The notes under the pieces: generated by a model
What the model was told of the DNA's origin: nothing
Seen by the model: the letters and a program-made list of their open reading frames with translations, nothing else
The model's database searches: none
Source: Eledone cirrhosa
Lineage: Eukaryota
NCBI GenBank assembly: GCA_964016885.1
Contig: OZ024756.1
Coordinates: 24,986,001 to 25,050,000, forward strand
Direction: 5' to 3'
DNA length: 64,000 nt
Translations under genes and position numbers: made by a program
Part shown: positions 48,601 to 63,304 of the stretch, piece after piece
How positions within the stretch are numbered: the stretch's first letter is position 1
How the letters are laid out: each line of letters begins with the position of its first letter

Positions 48601-51600
48601 GTGAAATCTACTACAAATCTGCACACTCTTAAATTAACATATATATTTACACACCCACACAATATATACATGTGTACACACTATTGGATGGCTGTTGACT
48701 TACATGAATTCCTCTGCTCTTTGTCAAGTTTTGTTTTTCCTCCTGCAGGATGTCCAAAATCCTCCTCTTCACCAAGGGAACTTGGTGGGGTTGCCTATTT
48801 AGCTGCCAATGATCTGATCCTGTGACAGGTTGTACTGGGTTACATGTTACCAGAAGTACTCGAGAGTGACTTGCACACCATTCAGTGTGCACGTAAGTTA
48901 CCCACCTAGTTGAGTTTGATCGGTGTGGCATGCTTTGTGGTACGATGTTAGCCCATCTGCAGAGTGACACGTGTTGGTACCGATGCCGCATGCTAAATTC
49001 AAGGTGTATTCATACACACATACATACATAAATACATACATACTCCAGACAGAGAGACAAACAGGCTGACAGTCAGAGATATACACAGCCAGGCACCCAA
49101 TCACATAGACAGTCAGACATACACACACACAGGCAGCCAATCACATAGACAGTCAGACATACACATACACACACACAGGCAGCCAATCACACAGACAGTC
49201 AGACATACACATACACACACACAGGCAGTCAATCACACAGACAGTCAGACATACACATACATACACACACACAGGCAGCCAATCACACAGACAGTCAGAC
49301 ATACACACACACAGGCAGCCAATCACATAGACAGTCAGACATACACATACACACACACAGGCAGCCAATCACACAGACAGTCAGACATACACATACACAC
49401 ACACAGGCAGCCAATCACACAGACAGTCAGACATACACATACACACACACAGGCAGCCAATCACACAGACAGTCAGACATACACATACATACACACACAC
49501 AGGCAGCCAATCACACAGACAGTCAGACATACACATACACACACACAGGCAGCCAATCACACAGACAGTCAGACATACACATACACACACACAGGCAGCC
49601 AATCACACAGACAGTCAGACATACACATACACACACACAGGCAGTCAATCACACAGACAGTCAGACATACACATACACACACACAGGCAGCCAATCACAT
49701 AGACAGTCAGACATACACACACACACACACACACACAGGCAGCCAATCACACAGACAGTCAGACATACACATACACACACACAGGCAGCCAATCACATAG
49801 ACAGTCAGACATACACACACACACACACACACACACAGGCAGCCAATCACACAGACAGTCAGACATACACACACACACACACACACACAGGCAGCCAATC
49901 ACACAGACAGTCAGACATACACATACACACACACACACACAGGCAGCCAATCACACAGACAGTCAGACATACACATACACACACACAGGCAGCCAATCAC
50001 ATAGACAGTCAGACATACACATACACACACACACACACAGGCAGCCAATCACACAGACAGTCAGACATACACATACACACACACAGGCAGCCAATCACAC
50101 AGACAGTCAGACATACACATACACACACACAGGCAGCCAATCACATAGACAGTCAGACATACACATACACACACACACACACAGGCAGCCAATCACACAG
50201 ACAGTCAGACATACACATACACACACACAGGCAGCCAATCACATAGACAGTCAGACATACACATACACACACACAGGCAGCCAATCACATAGACAGTCAG
50301 ACATACACATACACACACACAGGCAGCCAATCACACAGACAGTCAGACATACACATACACACACACAGGCAGCCAATCACACAGACAGTCAGACATACAC
50401 ACACATACACACACACAGGCAGCCAATCACACAGACAGTCAGACATACACACACACAGGCAGCCAATCACACAGACAGTCAGACATACACATACACACAC
50501 ACAGGCAGCCAATCACATAGACAGTCAGACATACACATACACACACACAGGCAGCCAATCACATAGACAGTCAGACATACACATACACACACACAGGCAG
50601 CCAATCACACAGACAGTCAGACATACACATACACACACACAGGCAGCCAATCACACAGACAGTCAGACATACACACACATACACACACACAGGCAGCCAA
50701 TCACACAGACAGTCAGACATACACATACACACACACAGGCAGCCAATCACACAGACAGTCAGACATACACATACACACACACAGGCAGCCAATCACATAG
50801 ACAGTCAGACATACACATACACACACACAGGCAGCCAATCACATAGACTGTCAGACATACACATACACACACACAGGCAGCCAATCACACAGACAGTCAG
50901 ACATACACATACACACACACAGGCAGCCAATCACACAGACAGTCAGACATACACACACATACACACACACAGGCAGCCAATCACACAGACAGTCAGACAT
51001 ACACATACACACACACAGGCAGCCAATCACATAGACAGTCAGACATACACATACACACACACAGGCAGCCAATCACACAGACAGTCAGACATACACATAC
51101 ACACACACAGGCAGCCAATCACACAGACAGTCAGACATACACATACACACACACAGGCAGCCAATCACATAGACAGTCAGACATACACATACACACACAC
51201 AGGCAGCCAATCACATAGACAGTCAGACATACACACACACACACACACACACAGGCAGCCAATCACACAGACAGTCAGACATACACATACACACACACAG
51301 GCAGCCAATCACACAGACAGTCAGACATACACATACACACACACAGGCAGCCAATCACATAGACAGTCAGACATACACACACACACACACACACACAGGC
51401 AGCCAATCACACAGACAGTCAGACATACACACACACACACACACACACAGGCAGCCAATCACACAGACAGTCAGACATACACACACACACACACACACAC
51501 AGGCAGCCAATCACACAGACAGTCAGACATACACATACACACACACAGGCAGCCAATCACATAGACAGTCAGACATACACATACACACACACAGGCAGCC

Positions 51601-52702
51601 AATCACATAGACAGTCAGACATACACACACATACACACACACAGGCAGCCAATCACACAGACAGTCAGACATACACATACACACACACAGGCAGCCAATC
51701 ACATAGACAGTCAGACATACACACACACACACACAGGCAGCCAATCACACAGACAGTCAGACATACACATACACACACACAGGCAGCCAATCACATAGAC
51801 AGTCAGACATACACACACACACACACAGGCAGCCAATCACACAGACAGTCAGACATACACATACACACACACAGGCAGCCAATCACATAGACAGTCAGAC
51901 ATACACATACACACACACAGGCAGCCAATCACACAGACAGTCAGACATACACACACACACACACAGGCAGCCAATCACACAGACAGTCAGACATACACAT
52001 ACACACACACAGGCAACCAATCACACAGACAGTCAGACATACACATACACACACACACACAGGCAGCCAATCACACAGACAGTCAGACATACACATACAC
52101 ACACACAGGCAGCCAATCACACAGACAGTCAGACATACACATACACACACACACACAGGCAGCCAATCACACAGACAGTCAGACATACACATACACACAC
52201 ACAGGCAGCCAATCACACAGACAGTCAGACATACACACACACACACACACAGGCAGCCAATCACACAGACAGTCAGACATACACACACACACACACACAC
52301 AGGCAGCCAATCACACAGACAGTCAGACATACACATACACACACACACAGGCAGCCAATCACACAGACAGTCAGACATACACACACACACACACACACAG
52401 GCAGCCAATCACACAGACAGTCAGACATACACATACACACACACAGGCAGCCAATCACACAGACAGTCAGGCATACACACACACACACACACACACACAC
52501 AGGCAGCCAATCACACAGACAGTCAGACAGTCAGACAGCCATCCAGAGAGCTAGACAGAATATTAGTCATGATGTTTGGTGAAGGAGGGAGTGTTTCAGT
52601 GGCCTTGTTTTTAGTGTTGTCATCATTTTCTGGAAACTTCTAAATTTAGTATTTACACAGAATTAAACAGAAAACTTGAATACATCACAATAACTGTATA
52701 TG

Positions 52703-52752
<50 letters not shown>

Positions 52753-52940
52753 CATATACGTATGTGTGTATGTATTCACACACACTAACACGCACACATA
52801 TGTGTGTGTGTGTGTGTGTGTGTGTGTTTATATATATGTACACTTACTTTCAAGTCCCAAACAGATGTTCTCTCTTGAAATATTTAACACACCTTAAGAT
52901 ATAAGCTAACATATAATTATATGCATGCATTTGCATATAT

Positions 52941-53006
<66 letters not shown>

Positions 53007-56000
53007 ATATATATACACACACACACATACGTACATACTTACATACACATATATACATGTATGTACACACATGCACATATATATAACTATGCATACATAT
53101 ATGTATACATGTGTACATACAGATATTCATATACATACATTAACAAATTGGCTAGTTTACTGAGAAGGTTTGTACATGGCTACTTGAAACTAAAAACACA
53201 GAACATACAGAGGATATATTCTACTAAAATCCTGTCATGGAGTACCAACTAACTTATGACATCTCATCTTGAAGATTATTTCACATCCATGCCATCCTGC
53301 AGAAATAAATTCCTTCCCTCAGTACCGTCTACACCAAAGACAGAATCCATCAGTTTTAGACTATACAAAAATATACTGAGCACTCCTGATACATTTCTGA
53401 AAGCCATATATGTTGGGTGAGAGGAACAGTCAATAAAGTCAACCCCAGTACTTTACTGGAATTTTATTTATTGATCATGGAAGGATGAAAGGCAACACTA
53501 ACTCAGAAGTAAAAGGATGTAACTATATACCACAAAGCCTGTCCGACACTCTACCAATACTACCATTCCACCACCCTGAATATTAATAATAATTGTTTCT
53601 ACTTTTGGCACAAGACCAGCAATTACCCAGTACATTACTGGTACTTTATTTTATCGACCCCGTAAGGATGAAAGGCAAAGTTAACCTTAGCGGGATTTGA
53701 ACTCAGATCGTAAAGGGATGTAACTACGCTGGGAATTAATATTAATAATAATGGTTATCAATTGAATATTAATAATAATGGTTATCAATTGAATCATCAT
53801 CATCATCATCATCATTTCATTTTACGTCCGCTTTTTCCCTGCTTGCAAGGGTGGGACGGGAACTGATTCTGGCTTGATTTCTACAGCTGGATGCCCTTCC
53901 TAACACCAACCTCATTTACAGTGAGTGCTGGGTGCTTTTTTGCCGTGGCACCTGCACGACCACTTTGCAGTGGAATGATATGGACCCCAGTCCCTATCAT
54001 CTCATTTCTACAGCCGAGTAAACTGGAGCAATCTGAAATAAAGTGTCTTGCTCAAGGAAACAACACATTACCCGGTCTGAGAATTGAACTCACAACCTTT
54101 CGATTGCAAGGCCAATGCTCTAACCACTAAGCCATGTGCCTCCATGAATATTAATAATAATGGTTATCAATTTAGAAGCAAGGCCAATAATTTATTGAGG
54201 AGGGGGAAAGTCGATTATACTGACCCCAGTAGTGGACTGATATTTTATTTTATCAAACCCCAGAAAGATGAAAAGCAGAATTGACCTTGGCTAGATTTTA
54301 ACTCAGAACATAAAGAATCAGGCAAAACAAATGCCAGACACTCTATCAATGTGTGAAAAATATATTGCAGTTTCCATTTCATGCTGCAATAAGTGACGAT
54401 GGGCCTGGAATTGGTATCATGACTTTATGACTGGCGGGTGTAAGAACAGTCAACTGGAATTTGCAGACGACATAGTGTTACTTAACTCAAGAGAACATGA
54501 TCGTCAACTTACAATTGATAGGTATGATGTGGAATGCTGCATGGATGGAATTAAAATCAGTGCTGCGAAAACTGAGACACTCATCCTTGCAAAAAAGCCT
54601 GCGCAGTGCACTCTACATATGAATGGAGTTACACTGAAGCAGGTAGAAAAGTTCAAGTATCTCAGGGCTATGTTCATGAGTAATGGAAAGCAGGAAGCTG
54701 AATACTATGGGTATATGGTTAGAATTGCCGGACTGATTTTACGAGCAAAACCAACTGGCAGGAGACCCAGCGGTAGACCCTGAGCAAGATGTTTGGATTA
54801 CATCCATGAGCTTGGCTGGTCTTGCTTGGGGATCCAGCCAGATCAGTTGGAGATACTTGCATCTGATATGACTTGCTGGAAGGCGTTTTGGGGGACTTTC
54901 CATGACCCTCTCAGGAATAAGTGGATGAAGAAGAAGAAGAAGAAGAAGACTGCCAAATATTACTTTCAAAGCCTGGCCCATACATCCCAGCACAAGATGC
55001 TTGTCCATTTACTAAGCATACGCATGAAGGGACCAGTGAGTGTGTGACAGGCCTGTCAAGACCTAGTTTAGGTCTGTTGATGAAGACCTGACAAACAGGA
55101 ACCTGGTCTTAGAAACAGGGCTTGCAACCATGTACAATGGGGATCTCTCATCACCCAATGCTCCACAAGGAGCAAAAGGAACTGAAGAAGAAGATAAGAA
55201 GAATGGGAGCCTAACTTAAGAAAGGTTCTTACATAAAGATACAATCGAAGGTTTTTAGATATATATAAATTATTTAAAAGTCAGCTTTGTTACATAAAAG
55301 CAGAAGTGGTTTCAGGTGGTTTCATATCAAAGGGTTCATGAAACAATCTCATAAGTCCACTTTCCTCTTTTGCTTTTTCTTTAACATTTACCTTGCAGAA
55401 TTCTTCATTTCTTCAGATAATGCTGTAATAATTGCCCTGAAAAAAAAAAAGAATTTAAGTATTAATAAACAAAAATAAAACAAAAAAAAATGGAATATTG
55501 TTTAAATCCTAACATCCTGTACCACATGAAACCACAATAAAAAAAACATTGGAAAATAGTACAAAGTAGCATTATAAGTTGAAGACTTTACTCTTTGTCA
55601 AAAATACCCATAAATGTTCCTGTCCATTGTTTGTTTTGTTATCGTTTCAGATGCATCTTCCCAACAGAGCAGTTCTTCAATCTGTTGCACAAACTGGCAT
55701 CACATGTGCAGTAACACCTTAATGTGTGAAACTGCATACCAGCAAGATGGCTGATGAGGTAAAGATGCAGATGTGTGCTCTTCTTATGTAACTGTGCATT
55801 TTCTGCTGATGCTACATACATACATTCTGCGGGGCACTCCGTCGGTTACGACGATGAGTGTTCCAGTTGATCCGATCAATGGAACAGCATGCTCGTGAAA
55901 TAAAGTAGTTCTCGGGGAGTTTCAGCATGACACAATGTGACAAGACTGGCCATTCGAACTACTGGTACAACTAATTTTTGCCAGCTCAGATGACTAGAAC

Positions 56001-57155
56001 AACGTAAAATAAAGTGTCTTGCTGAAGGACACAATGTGCTGCCAATAATTGAACTCCCAACCTTACGATTGTAAGCCAAATACTCTAACCACAAAGCCAT
56101 ACGCCTTTACATACATTTATACATACATACATGCTTTCATACATACATCATACACACATACATACATGCACGCATACATACATACATACATGATGGTTGC
56201 CCCCTCGTCATCGAGTATGGCCAATGCACGATATAACATTATTAATTAATTGTTTCTACTTTAGGCACAAGGCCAGCAATTACCCAGTGCATTACTGGTA
56301 CTTTATTTTATCGACCCCGTAAGGATGAAAGGCAAAGTCAACCTCGGCGGGATTTGAACTCAGATTGTAAAGGGACGTAACTATGCTGGAAAGCATAGCG
56401 TCCGACCCTCTACTGATACTGCCAATCCACCGCCCTATTATATCCACCGCACATTATTAATTAATGCTATCGTGTAATGCCTGTGCGTGAAAAAATTTTT
56501 TTAAATGAGGAAAGACTGTGCACTGAGCCAATCCCACTCTCTGAGCGAAAGTAGCTATAACCCGAAAAGAAGAAAATATCAACATCAATCGGTAATTACT
56601 GACCAGCAGGTTTTATGTCGGAGTTATCCCAGTTTCCTGAGTTGCCTTCTCCTAGAAGAATGCCCTGACAAAGGCTAGGGTCCTTCAATCCCAGTGGTTT
56701 AACCACGCGATCAGGTATCCAACCCGATTATTTCTATGTCCCCGCGCATATACATACATATGCGCACATGCATGTACATATATACATACATATGTACATA
56801 TTAATGTACATATGTATGTACATATGTATGTACATATTTACACATTTTGGGATGGCCGTTGACTCTTATGAGTTCTTCCGCCCTTTGACAGCATGAATAC
56901 ATACATACATACATACATACATACATACATACATACATACATACATACATACATACATACATACATACTATATACATATGTAAAAACAAACATACCATCC
57001 TCCATACGAGAATATGGAGTACAAGAGGGCCATTGCCAAAGAACTAACATCAGTCTTGCTGTTTTGAAATGGTTCCTTGAAGTTTTCTATTCCTCCTGTA
57101 GTAATATATGACAACGGTTTAAGTAGAAGAACCAACTAGATAGATAGATAGATAA

Positions 57156-57198
<43 letters not shown>

Positions 57199-57421
57199 TA
57201 AGAATAGATGAATATATATATATATACGTATATGTTTTGATAATTTGAAATGTGAAGGAAAAAAAATTAACCATATTTGAATTCGATTTTTGTCAATATT
57301 TTATAGCGATTACCAATTTCTAGGTGCATTACCTAACATATTAATGAAACATTTGTAAATGTTATGAAATAAATCTTCTTGTGCAGTGAACGGAGTGTCC
57401 GTGTAAATCTTTATCTAATTT

Positions 57422-57516
<95 letters not shown>

Positions 57517-60500
57517 TGTATGTTTTAAACGAACTGCAACTCCTTCATTTATTCATTTTGCTTATATATATATATATATATATCATCGTCAACGTCGTTT
57601 TAAAGTTATATATAGTAGTATGTCATTTGAAGTTTACGCCAATGCAAAATGGGTGGCAGATTTCGGAATAAATTGAAGGCTACAAAGATTTTATTTACCA
57701 GGCATGTAAATAAAATAACAGGTGACACAGCAACATCTTTGTTGCTATCTATATATTCCGAAATCTACCGTCCATTTTGCATTGTCGTAGCCTTCAAATA
57801 ACATACTGCTTTATACACTAACACAATGCTTTAAACAAACTGCAACACACCGATGACGGAGGTTTCCGTTCCACTCCAAAATGTATTTATGACTTGCATA
57901 TCCATTATGCAACTTGTGAATCAGCTTCCCGGACTCCCAGAAACCTATTGAACATTTTTATTGATTTCTATCGATTCCTATCTACTCGAGATGTTCCAGG
58001 TTAATCTTTGACCTGTTTGTATTTATCGTAGTTGTGGTATATGCATGGCCATACGCATTTGGTCCCTTTTCTTAACTTTGTATTCATTCTGGACGAAAAT
58101 GTATTAAATTTTCGTACCACCGACTGCTTTTTGACAGCTTCAAACAATTCGATTAGTATCTGCTATATTGTGGCTACAACTTCATTTATACATATTATTT
58201 TTTTGTTCTGTATTTTGATCATTTTGTGATCCTGACTCCATCTTTGTACCCCCGAAGAAGGGCTAAAGCCTGACATGTCGAACTCTCTTTCCCATTTTCC
58301 ATATAAAGCGTGAAACTAATAAGACATTTTGTACCTCTATCAATTGTTTCCTTGAACTATATGTGGGTATGGTGTGGCGTGCGGTGGCCGGAGGCGGGGG
58401 AGGGGGAGTGCTCGATCGGAAGGGTTTTTTGAGTGCTCGACCGGAAGGGGTCTTTGACCGGAAGGATGCTCGATCGGAAGGGCCAGGAGAGGGCCTCTCT
58501 CTAGTGGTGACCAGCATACGGTGTGGACGCGAGTTTTGGGCAGCTCCCGGTGTTAAGCAGTCGGACGCACGTGGAAGAGGAGAACCTGCAGTGGAATTTA
58601 GCAGCGCCTGTGAAAAGCGGTAAGTGAGATAGATTTTTCTAACTACACTATATAAATAAGAAGAAAACATTGCTGATCTCAACATAAACCTGACTGGCAC
58701 ATAGCTAGACAATGACAGCCTACGAATCGGGTTTCCCTGAGGTTCAGCCTCTGGATCTGCGAGCCACACAAATGTTGCTGCGGATCCACTGTAAACTCTT
58801 TCAGCTTCCACTCGCTGTCCTGTCACTACAGTGTCGGCCGCCTTCCACGCCATGCGCTCTCAGCGAGACCATAAAGCATGGCTTGGATGCTGCAGGCTTC
58901 CCTTCCTATCTCGAGCAGGCTGGGCTAGATGGAGGGGCCGGCAAAAGGCTAGATGGCATGACTGTCTTCCCGTTCCGTGGTGGTAAACCCCTCATCTGGG
59001 ATGCCATATGCAGTGACACGTTTTCCAGCGGCAACCTGGTGCAGTCTGTGATTAACCTAGGCTCTGCTGCACTTCGGGCCGAGGAGAGTAAACTCTCCAA
59101 ATATCGGTCGCTCTCCGACAGGTTTGTGGTCGAGGCCGTAGCAGTGGTGACGTCTGGTGTCCTTGGCCCTAGGACCACCTCCCTACACACCATCATCGGC
59201 ATAGAGTTGGCTACCCGCAGGTGAAAATCTCGCGAGCTGGAAAGACTCTTCCAATGCTTCTCCGTCACCATCCTCCAGAAAAACGCTTTCTCTATTCTGT
59301 CCGCCGCGGCCAATACGTGAGCCCCTATTTGCTCATGATAGTGAGACATGGGGATAGCGAGAGAGACGGAGGCAATGTGAGTGGGAGTTTGGTTCCATTG
59401 TGTTCGGACCTGGTGTATATCGGCCAATACGTGAGCCCCTATTTGCTCATGATAGTGAGACATGGGGATAGCGAGAGAGACGGAGGCAATGTGAGTGGGA
59501 GTTTGGTTCCATTGTGTTCGGACCTGGTGTATATCGGCCAATACGTGAGCCCCTATTTGCTCATGATAGTGAGACATGGGGATAGCGAGAGAGACGGAGG
59601 CAATGTGAGTGGGAGTTTGGTTCCATTGTGTTCGGACCTGGTGTATATCGGCCAATACGTGAGCCCCTATTTGCTCATGATAGTGAGACATGGGGATAGT
59701 GAGAGAGACGGAGGCAATGTGAGTGGGAGTTTGGTTCCATTGTGTTCGGACCTGGTGTATATGTATATATTTATTTATCACACCACATTTTATTCATCTT
59801 CTGACATTGTCTTTCACCTACTTACCTTGACTGAGAGAAAATATACCACCACTGATAATGAGTATCAATGTGATTAGTTTAACAGTTGCCATAATACTTT
59901 GACACTTCGTCACAAATCTTGTATACACACAGTTCAATGCCATAACAGTCACTGGAAAAAATGAAAATAAAGGACAAGAATAGACATAAATAAGGTGTGA
60001 TAGTTTACTTGAAACATTGTGGAATAGGAAATTGAAAAGTGAGTATGTGTGTTTAGAAAACTGTACAATGCTTTTTACCTAAACTCTCTCAATTCCCTTG
60101 GTAATCTAATCCAGTTGCATTGTACGGCTTTCTAAACATCTACCCCCTTTTCCTACTATATCAAGCATTAAACTAATATATTTCTTCATTGTACTGTGTT
60201 ATTTGCATTTACCTTTCACACACACACAGACGCGCGCGCGCGCACACACACATATATATATAATGAATAGCAAACGAAGATGAAGAAATTTAAGACGTTT
60301 TATTTGTCTTACACATGTTTCAACAAGAAATTTCGAAAGACTCGGTGAAGCTCTATTATTTATATATAAATACAAGGCGGTGGATTGACAGTATCGGTAG
60401 AGGGTCTGACGCCATGCTTTGCAGCAAAGAGTTACGGCCCTTTATGGTCTGAGTTCAAATCCCGCCGAGGTTAACTTTGCCTTTCATCCTTACGGGGTCG

Positions 60501-62206
60501 ATAAAATAAAGTACCAGTAATACACTGGGATAATTGCTGGCCTGGTGCCACAAGTAGAAACAATTATAAATACATATACATTAAATCAAAGGTCACGATG
60601 CTTTCTTTCCTTCTTTAACGAAGCGTAAAGAAAATATATGCACGAGATGGGTGTGTGTTGTGGTGTTGATTCGGTTGTTGTGTGTACTCGTGGATTGTCC
60701 AGTGGTGTGGTCACTATTGTGTAAAGTATAGAGGAAGACCGATGTGACCAGAGGTTGCAGGTGTGGATGTGTGTAACAGTTTCATTACCGCCGAGGTTAA
60801 CTTTGCCTTTCATCCTTACGGGGGCGATAAAATAAAGTACCAGTAATACACTGAGATAATTGCTGACCTTGTGCCAGAAGTAGAAACAATTATTTATATA
60901 TAAATAGATGTATCTATTTATTACAATCTGAGCATTGATTTAAGGAATTCGATATTAAGTTACTCTTGTATCTTAAGAGACTTCATGAAATATACAAAAA
61001 TAAGCAAATTCTGGGAAAAAACATCCTATCACACCTGCAAACCCCACAGTGGTGCCTGGCTCCATGCCCTGCCCTCCTTCTCCACTGGCACGCATCGGCG
61101 TTTCCTTGAGGCTCGGCCTCCGGATCTGCGAGCCACACCAATGTCGCTGCGGATCCACCGTGGACTCTTTTGGCCTCCACCCGCTTTCTTGTCTCCACAG
61201 TGCCGGCCACCTTCCACGCCATGCTGCCCTCAACGAGGTCATAAAGCATGGCTTGGACGCTGCGGGCTTCCCTTCCCAGCTCGAGCCGAGGGGACGGCAA
61301 AAGGCCAAATGGCATGACCATCTTCCCGTTCCGCGGTGGCAAACCCCTCGTCTGGGATGCTACTTGCACCGACACTTTCTACAGCCGCAACCGGGTGCAG
61401 TCTGCGACTAACCCAGGTTCTGCTGCACGTCAGACTGAGGACACCAAGATCCTCAAATACCGGTCGCTATCCGACAGGTTTGCGGTTGTACCCCTGGCAG
61501 TGGAGACTTCTGGTGTTCTCGGTCCTAGGGCTACTTCCCTACTCACCACCATAGGCGCTGAGCTGGCCAGCCGCAGGTGTGAACCCCGTGAATTGGAGTG
61601 GCTTTTCCAGCGCGTCTCCCTTGCCGTCCTTTGGGGGAACGCCTTCTCCATCCTGTCCGCCGGGGCAGTGTGTGTGTGTGGAGGGGGGGGGGGACATCGC
61701 GTAACATTCCATATTTAGGTATCTGTGTTCTCACATGTAGACGCACGTCCTTTGCCACAGTGTTGTGTCCCTAAACGAAGGGTATGACTCTTTATATTCT
61801 GAGTTCAAATTTCACCAGTCAACGTTGGTTTGTATATTTCTGGGGTCGATAAAATAAAGTACCTATTTGTATGTATGTATGTATGTTGGTATGTATGTAT
61901 GTATGTATGTATGTATGTATGTATGTATGTATGTATGTATGTTGGTATGTATGTTGGTATGTATGAATATGTATGTATGTTGGTATGTATGAATATGTAT
62001 GTATGTATGTATGTATGTTGGTATGTATGAATATGTATGTATGTATGTATGTATGTATGAATATGTATGTATGTATGTTGGTATGTATGAATATGTATGT
62101 ATGTTGGTATGTATGAATATGTATGTATGTATGTTGGTATGTATGAATATGTATGTATGTATGTTGGTATGTATGAATATGCATGTATGTATGTTGGTAT
62201 GTATGA

Positions 62207-62237
<31 letters not shown>

Positions 62238-62793
62238 TGTATGTATGTATGTATGTATGAATATGTATGTATGTATGTATGTTGGTATGTATGAATATGT
62301 ATGTATGTATGTATGTATGTATGAATATGTATGTATGTATGTTGGTATGTATGAATATGTATGTATGTATGAATATGTATGTATGTATGTTGGTATGTAT
62401 GAATACGTATGTATGTATGTTGGTATGTATGAATATGTATGTATGTATGAATATGTATGTATGTATGTTGGTATGTATGAATATGTATGAATATGTATGT
62501 ATGTATGAATATGTATGTATGTATGTTGGTATGTATGAATATGCATGAACTTGTGTTGGTCCTGTGCCTAGTTACGGTGTAACTAGGCATAGTCGTGGAG
62601 GCTATGCTTCGGAGGCAAGCTTTCAAGAAGAAGAATATATATAAACACATACACACACACACATATATATATCTTTCCTCCCTCTCTTCGAACTCTTTAT
62701 TTCCTGAAAAAGAATGTATGTCCGAAACGTCAAATCTAATAAGTCTTTGTGTTTTCGTATCTCAGTATTTGTCTTGTCATTTCTTGAACTATA

Positions 62794-62851
<58 letters not shown>

Positions 62852-63273
62852 TTACTTATTCGGTGTATAATCCAATTTGTACTCGTTAAGCACCCTCGGG
62901 TCCCAAATGATAGGAATGGGGGTTGGAATAAGTGTGTGTGTGTGTGGGGGGGGGGGGGGGTTGGACATTTGCTTAAATTCTTATAAGCGAGCTGGGGGGG
63001 GGGGGGGATTGGTAACTGTATAGTGTACGCTCGTAAATATGGGATTTCTCGAAATGTTCTTTTTTTTTTTTTGTCATATATAATGTTTTTTTTTTAATGT
63101 AAAATAAAATAATTATTAAATTCTCCAGCTGCTGTGTCGATATGAATCACTTACACTAAAATTTCGTCGGAGATAGATTAGCAAAATTTAATAAGCGGAT
63201 ATGGTGATGTGGGGGTGATGAAATAAAAAGAGGGTGGTTGGAAAAGAAATTTGATAACTTATTAAATGAAGGT

Positions 63274-63304
<31 letters not shown>

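Noticed and set aside
49090-52535. CRISPR-like array (constant repeat with variable spacer)
   Set aside because: Spacers are only (CA)n length variants; eukaryotic intron; no cas genes.
55720-55765. Possible type II hammerhead (GAAAC...CCA-loop-TGG-CTGATGA), family also at ~3640-3800
   Set aside because: Stem II does not form, stem III is mismatched, and the second copy breaks the motif.
58906-59877. 291-aa and 218-aa ORFs with 38-aa repeats
   Set aside because: Produced by the 114-bp tandem repeat plus off-frame or antisense CRE sequence.
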